NCBI RefSeq assembly: GCF_009914755.1
Contig: NC_060933.1
Source of the DNA: the human T2T-CHM13v2.0 reference genome, Homo sapiens
Reading direction: 5' to 3' (one strand)
DNA length: 64,000 nt
Under the pieces are notes generated by a model. That model worked only from the letters and a program-made list of their open reading frames with translations, had not been told where the DNA came from and ran no database searches. How positions within the stretch are numbered: position 1 is the first letter of the stretch; the number at the start of each line of letters is the position of its first letter. Both the position numbers and the translations under genes were made by a program. This document shows, piece by piece, positions 56,606 to 64,000 of the stretch.

Positions 56606-58577
56606 CTCTTACAATATAACTAAATCTTGACTACAAAATTTATGTCCAAAACCATACAGAAGTGTCATAATCTTCACCTGAAAACTGAGACCTGGATATA
56701 TACATCAAAAAAAGGTCAATATATATCCTTAATCACTTAGATTTGGCAATAACTTAAACATTGTTGCCAGAAATTCAGAGGCTTACAACAAAATTTTTGG
56801 AAATATAAAGATGTTTGAAGCAGTTGGGAATTAGATTTCTTGATGCACACAGATGAGCTGAGGCTCAAATGTTGCAAGTTCAATATACAGTAAGTCAAAC
56901 TGTGTGTTGCTCTGAAGTGAGCCATACAAAGATTTATAATCAGTAAGTTTGTATACTGTCAAAATTATATAACATTTATTTTAAAATTCCCAGAAGAAAT
57001 ATACATATCCCTGCAAATGCTATATTTTTAAGCAATGAAGTCAGAAAAATGAATTAAGCAAAAGCTCTCACATTCTTCTAAATCATCTCATTATCCAAGC
57101 AGATAAACTTATACCAAAGCAAACATTCACATAGGGAAAAAATTTGAAATTATAAAACATTTTGTGTCAATTTTTCCATTTTCAAATTTGCCCCCAATTA
57201 AATAAATTAGAAGATAAAAACAGAAAACCCAAAACACAATTGATAGGAGCTTAAAAATATTAGAGAAAAAGGAAATAGTAATAGCAAAGGGATAATATAA
57301 AATTTACCAGAAATTAAGATCAAGACTCTCCAGACAGAAGGAGTCCATATGATCAACAACAAAAGGAAACCCACATGAGCCACACTGTCATGACATCTCA
57401 GAACGGCATCAGAGTTACTATTTCACTCCAGCTTCCCTTCTAGCTATTAAAAGGTCATATGACATTTTGATCCTTGATTTTATGTGTGATTAATTTTTCC
57501 TTTGTGGAAACATTCGGGATCTCTGCTAAGCAGAGATTAAGAGAGTATCCCAAATTGTCAAGGTTCAGTTAAAAATCTTATTTAATTTTATTGTGAATGT
57601 AATTGGTGAGGACAGGTAAGTTTATGCATATTATTTGGAAATACGAAGTAAGTATCAGAAGAAAAAGAGTTTAAAATGGAAACTTAAGGGTAGAAACTCA
57701 TGATAGAGGAGGGTCAATGTTTCTGTACTACTGTTTTTTAAAAAATAAAAATACTTTTCTCTTAAGCAAAACTAACAAATTACAAACTCCATGAAAAGAA
57801 TAATTTAAAAGAAAATAAATTAAAAATATTCATTAGTTATAATAACATTATTTCATTCCTATAGCAGGAGAAACTAAATACGTATGTTCAATAATTTAAA
57901 CAATTCAAGGAAAACAAATCTCATTGGTTCAATACATTTTGAGATACTTCATAAAGGTAATACCACTAATAAAGTAGAGTATACAATACTTTTTACTCTG
58001 GGAGATAAAATGCAAATCACATTGCGTTTACTTGTGCAGATCTTAGTCAAAAAAAAACATGCACTGACTTCAGTTAAGGCTTAGGCTCCAATAAGACTAC
58101 ACAATTAAACTCAATGGTACTTCATGAGGTAAATCATTGTCATATAAGGCAGAAGGTGAAATGTGTTAAGATAGCATCACGTTCTAATAAAATGTGTAAC
58201 TTTTCATCAAATATGTTTTTCTAAGCATTTACTAAGATGCAATCATGTAAGTTAAAAACATCATAATCTTTTTATTTAGTGTTCTTGAAGATTAAACAGC
58301 CTCAGATCTTTTTAAAATCTACATTTTTCTTATTCACCTGGAGAAAATTTCAAAGGTGACTTTGTCAGCTTGGAAATAAGTAATAAGATAGAAATGATAG
58401 GAAAACACAAAGGACACAGAGAAATGCTGTCATTCATCTCTGTCCATATACTATGACCAAACAGCTCACGTTCAACACAGTACAAATGTTCTGACTGTGG
58501 TAGGTCAATCAACAAATATGTAAGTGGCAGTAATTTTGTGTCATGTCTTGGGACATAAATGACCTATTCAGTAATAG

Positions 58578-58745
58578 CCCAGTGTGTCTCAAACTTAAAG
58601 ATACATACAAATCACCTACAGATCTTGTTAAAATGTACATTTGCATTCAGCAGTTCTGGGGGTAGGTCCTGAGAATCTGCATTTATAATTCATTTCCAAG
58701 TGAAACTCATGCTGCTTCTCCATAAGCCACACTTTAATCAGCAAG
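58578..58745. mobile_element. MER5A-like
   Basis: cagtgtgtctcaaactt..atcacct..cttgttaaaatg..cctgagaatctgcattt. Confidence 0.78.
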
Positions 58746-59637
58746 CCCTTGTAGTGTACAGTCATTCAATCCCACACAGGACAGAACAGAACAGTTAGGG
58801 TTCACAGGACAGGAGAAGGCAATGTAGACTAAATTCATAATTTCTCACTAGACTACACCAGTTTTTAATTTACAATCAATGAAACAGACAACTAGAATCA
58901 ACCTAAGAACTCATATATATTCCCCGAGACATCCCAGCAAGATAAGTATTACCTGCTACTTTCTTGCTATACACTTAAACACCAAATGAGCATCGGCAAT
59001 AAACATAGGAACATGTATAGACAAAAGAACACTCCACACGTTGACACTGGTTCAAAGCAGTGAAATATCAAAATTAGAGAAGCTAGGAATATTATTTCAA
59101 ATGTAACTTCCAGCTCAAAATAAGCTAAAGAATTATGTTTTACCCTGAGGCTTTAATAAGCTTTTAAATAAACTATTCCTATGCCAAATCCTATCTTATT
59201 AGTTAAAAAAAAAATCCTAGATAGTGAAGAGATAAACAAGACTCTCAGGCTGACAAATCTATTATCAAAAGTCTAAAATAATGTATTTTTACAAATTTAT
59301 ATTTCTGATTTAAGACATAAGAAGAATGTAAAACAAATTTATATTTTAATATCTTATTATTTCATATTTTATTCCACAATGCATTCGTAGCAGTTAACTC
59401 AAATACACTAACAATGAACATAAAACTAATAAAACTTAAATATTTATAAAATTCAGAACAAATATTAACCATTTTCCCTAGAATTAAAGTGGGGTTCTGT
59501 TATCCTGTGTTCTGTGTCAAGTAGGAACATAAATGAGATACATGTATTGTTGTTCTTGCTTAAGAAAAGAATAGCCATTATTTAAACAAAGTATTTTTAA
59601 AGACCCAATTTCTATTTCACAAAAAGGCATATTAGCT

Positions 59638-61103
59638 AAATAACAAAGCTGGAGGCATCATTCTACCTGACTTCAAACTATACTACAAGGCTATAGTAAC
59701 CAAAACAGCATGGTACTTCTACCAAAACAGATATATAGACCAATGGAACACAACAGAGGCCTCAGAAATAAAACCACACATCTACAACCATCTGATCTTT
59801 GACAAATCTGACAAAAACAAGCAATGGGGAAAGGATTCCCTATTAAATAAATGATGCTGGGATAACTGACTAGCCATATGCAGAAAACTGAAACTGGACC
59901 CCTTCTATTACACCTTATACAAAAATTAACTCAAGATGGATTAAAGACTTAAACATAAAATCTAAAACTATAAAAATCCTAGAAGAAAACCTAGGCAATA
60001 CCATTCAAGACACAGGCATGGGCAAAGACTTCATGACTGAAACACCAAAACCAATGGCAACAAAAGCCAAAACTGTCAGATTGGATCTAATTAAACTAAA
60101 AAGCTTCTGCACAGCAAAAGAAACTATCATCAGAGTGAACAGGCAACCTACAGAATGGGAGAAAACTTTTGCAATCTATCCATCTGACAAAGGGCTAATA
60201 TCCAGAATCTACAAAGAACTTAAACAAATTTATAAGAAATAAACAAACAACCCCATCAAAAAGAGGATGAAGGATATGAACAGATAATTCTCAAAAGAAG
60301 ACATTTATGTGGCCATCAAACATGAAAAAAAGTTCAATATCACTGGTCATTAGCGAAATGCAAATCAAAACCACAATAAGATACCATCTCATGCCAGTTA
60401 GAATGGCGATCATTAAAAAGTCAGGAAACAAAAGATGCTGGAAAGGATGTGGAGAAATAGGAACATTTTTACACTGTTTTTGGGAGAGTAAATTAGTTCA
60501 ACCATTGTGGAAGACAGTGTAGCGATTCCTTAAGGATCTAGAACCAGAGATACCATTTGACCCAGCAGTCCCATTACTGGGTATATACCCAAATGATTAT
60601 AAATCATTCTACTATAAAGACACATGCACACGTATGTTTATTGCAGCAGTATGTACAATAGCAAAGACTTGGAACCAACCAAATATCCATCAATGATAGA
60701 CTGGATAAAGAAAATGTGGCATATATACACCCTGGAATGCTATGCAGCCATAAAAAAGAATGAGTTCATGTCTTTACAGGGACATGGATGAAGCTGGAAA
60801 ACCATCATTCTCAGCAAACTAACACAGGAACATAAAACCAAACACCACATGTTCTCACTCATAAGTCGGAGCTGAACAGTGAGAACAAATGGACACAGGG
60901 AGGGGAATATCACACACCAAGGCTTGTCAGGGGCTGGAGTCAAGTGGAGGAAGAGCATTAGGACAAATACCTAATGCATGTGGGGCTTAAAACCTAGATG
61001 ACGTGTTGATAGGTGCAGCAAACCACCATGGCACATATATACCTATGGAACAACCCTGCACGTTCTGCACATGTATCCCAGAACTCCAAGTAAAATTTAA
61101 AAA
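59638..61103 (+). mobile_element. L1PA7/8 3' fragment
   Basis: ORF2 C-terminal ORFs 60018-60522; 3'UTR ggggcttaaaacctagatgac diagnostic. Confidence 0.95.
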
Positions 61104-61894
61104 TATATATATATACATAGTTTAATAACCAATTAAAGATTAGAATAGTTTAGAATAAGTCATTCCCTGACAAAATTTGATAAATCCACAGTTAAGGTGT
61201 TAACACAAATATTTATACATTGTATTTGAATATCTGTTACTGTTCAATCTTATTGGTTTTGATTACAGGTGAAATGATGTACAGCTACAGTGAGAACAAC
61301 CAATAAATATAACACTTATTGACAATTTAACATTCTGTGAAATTTCTTACAGTTACTAAGTGAAAATAAATCATTAAATTAATTAAACTGTGGAAGACTA
61401 AATGAATGTAGATTAATGTAAAATTAATAAAGTATCTTTAGGACATGTAATGCGTACATGCTCATGAACATATGGTTTGTTTTAGAACTAGTAAAACTAC
61501 TGCCAAAGCTTATTTTGAGATGTTCATTCTAAATGTGGTAACAGAAGGGATTTTTATTCATATTTACTTATAACTAATCAAGCAAAATATAAAAATCAAT
61601 CTCACCAGCCCTTGAACAAATATAAAAACCACTTATTTGTCTGATTCAATTATTTCTTATTTAAATGGTAAAAACCAAATATAACATTACTATTAGAAAT
61701 CTGCTTAAATGAAATTATTTGAGGTACACCATTATTTTTGGAACTACTTTACCTCTTTTGAAAATAATCCCTCCCCTTCTCATCCCATGCCCTTCGGCTC
61801 TTTCAATCTATCAATCAATCAACCCCAATTATGTTGCTAATAAATACTTAGGGGGAAAATAGTTTCAAAAGAAAATAATCAGAAAAAAATATAT

Positions 61895-62100
61895 AATTGA
61901 GTAGCCAGAACAATGTGGTTAAGTGTCAGATCCCCTGATTTAAATTATGGCTCTGCCACTAACCAGATGTGTGACCCTGAAAATGTCACTTAGCCTTCCT
62001 AGATCTGAGTTTCCCCATCACTACAATAGGGTTCATGTGGCATATTATAAATAAAGCCTGTATAGCAGTGTGTGACACACAAAAATAATAAATGTAACCT
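61895..62100 (+). mobile_element. MIR
   Basis: ggctctgccactaaccagatgtgtgaccctg..gtcactta..agtttccccatc. Confidence 0.78.
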
Positions 62101-62443
62101 TATGATGCTAAGTAAGCTTTTTGGGGTACTTATGAAATTAATCTCAATACAGAAATATTTATAAAATATTTCCTTCATTTAAAAATATGTACATGCAAAT
62201 ACATTGATCTTAAATACCACATAAATGAGTTCAAGTAGTATCTTATGTGCTATTTCTGTTGCAGGTATTTCTATATTCTCAGAATCTTCATGTTTTCATG
62301 ATTTATGTAGGGCTTAATGGTCATCTAACTGTAGCTTAGACAATATGGGAAAGGGGGAAAGAAAAAATACAGAACTTCGCAATTATGTAAAGTGCTTCTT
62401 CAAACTGAAAGCTGCTGGAAATATAAGATTTTGCACTTCCTTC

Positions 62444-63013
62444 TGAGGCAGGAGAATAGGATCTGGAGGCAAAGAACTTAAGGCTGATTTTCACTGACTT
62501 CCTAGAACTGAATCAAAAGGAAAACCTCAACTTTCCACGCCCAAGTAACAAAATGATCAGAGGCTACTCCCTTTGTACCTGCCCCCACCCTTTTCTGTGT
62601 AGCAGATGAAAAATGGGAAATACCTTTGATTGGTCCCTCCCAGAACCAGTCAGACTGGTCATGGGCCTAGCCTACATTTGCATAGAGGTGTATTTTTGTT
62701 ACTTCACCTCAGCCTCTGATTGGTCACCTTCCATGACCAATCAGATTGGTCTTGGGCCACTACTTCATTTACATAGGGTATAACCAAGTAACCAACGGGA
62801 AACCTCTAGAGAGTATTTAAGCCCCAGAAAATTCTGTAACCAATGCTCTTCAGCCACTTGCTCAAGCGTGTTCCCACTCTGTGGCATGTACTCTGAAATC
62901 TGTGTTTTCACTGCTTCACTTTTTCATTGCTTTGTTTGTGCATTTTTTCCAATTCTTTGTTCAAAATACCAAGAGCCTGGATGACTTGTAGTCAAGACCC
63001 TCCACTGGTGACA
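62444..63013 (+). mobile_element. MER51-family ERV1 5' LTR
   Basis: TG...CA ends; tgaggcaggagaatagg.tctggaggca start; several CCAAT/ATTGG boxes; TATA-like gtatttaa at ~62813. Confidence 0.88.
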
Positions 63014-64000
63014 TATTTTGGTGAGTGAGCCAGGAGGTAAGCCCAGAGTTTGGGATTTATTTTTCTTTTCTTTTTGTTTTCCCTTTTTCTCTCTGCTCCA
63101 TACAGGGGAACTCTTTTCTCTCTCTGTCTTTTTCTCTTTCCAACTTGGGACGCTCAGTGGACAGCACCTAAACATGGAGGCTACTGCAGGCTTTTGGCCA
63201 GGGCTACTCTGCAGTGAAACTGAAAGGTTTTCATGTGGAAGCACCTGACCATCATCATCAGGTTCAGGTGAGGGACCTGAGTCCTTTTCCTTTTTTCTTT
63301 TTTAATCTTTCAGCAGCTGTTTCCTAGTAGATCCTTAGTAATTGAGGGCAACCGGCTGGAGCCACTCTCTGGCATTACCTGAAGGCCACAAAGTGAATGA
63401 GGACAACTGCCCTGCATGGAAAGGGGAAGGACTCTTTTCTGTCTTTCCTGGTTATAGTCCCTGATCCCTACATGTGATGCAATTGGCAGTGGCAACTCGT
63501 CCAGGGTGAACTTGCATGTGTTCAGGCGAATTAAACCCTCTTTTCTTATGCTAAATTATCCTATAGAGTTAACCATAATGGCAGAAGATAATGTCTCTTA
63601 AGCGATTTGACCTCCCTTCTCCTACTCAATCTTTTCAATTGGCTAAGGACAAAAGAAACACACCCAGTTCCTATGACTAAAGCTCATGGCTGTCACTCTA
63701 GTGGAAGGGGAAGCATGGGAAAGCATGGCTTTATCAAATTATAAGGATGATATAAGTCAAGATCTTCATCCAGGGACAAAAGAAAAGCTCCTAGTAGGCC
63801 ATTGCCTCTCGAGGGAAAACATACAAAGTGGCACCAGTGCCCACCTAAGGTCAGAGATGTCTAACACACTAAGATTAGACACCAAACGGGGACACCCTAG
63901 GTGATCCAACTCCAGACCTTAACATCTCCAAAGGGGATGCCCTAGATGGAGGTTCTGAGGTCTAGTACTAAGCCTTCCTTAGAATTTTCTCTTTCTTGCA
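63014..64000 (+). mobile_element. ERV1 internal leader (MER51-int/MER57-int-like), continues past the window
   Basis: Follows LTR and PBS; pyrimidine-rich leader typical of MER4-group internal sequences; no intact gag seen. Confidence 0.75.
63019..63036 (+). promoter_or_regulatory. Primer-binding site, tRNA-Arg(ACG)-like, directly followed by splice donor GAG|GTAAGC
   Basis: tggtgagtgagccaggag matches TGGCGAGCCAGCCAGGAG at 15 of 18 positions, 5 nt after the LTR end. Confidence 0.72.

Overview
AT-rich, CpG-poor primate (very probably human) non-coding DNA, dense in interspersed repeats: 10 Alu-family copies, L1PA/L1MA/L1M pieces, MIR/L2, MER3/33/5/58/63, a near-full-length HSMAR2 mariner fossil, THE1D and MLT1 LTRs, and the 5' end of a MER51 ERV1 provirus running off the right edge. 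I cannot support any host protein-coding gene. The long ORFs in the track are L1 ORF2 remnants, Alu-derived frames or chance. Repeat orientation suggests a long intron of a minus-strand gene (inference). I found no new gene-encoded system. The real signal is mutational architecture: (1) at least five locally templated duplications (55-394 bp, copied 1-2 kb away), including a 394-bp inverted copy with 5 mismatches that stops at an Alu boundary and two direct copies sitting in TA-rich tracts; (2) an L1PA insertion combining twin-priming 5' inversion and a 3' transduction, with its empty site confirmed by an interrupted MIR; (3) a second L1PA carrying a ~182-bp 3' transduction inside HSMAR2; (4) several candidate exons on both strands. 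Subfamily calls come from recalled consensus sequences, and boundaries of old repeats are approximate.
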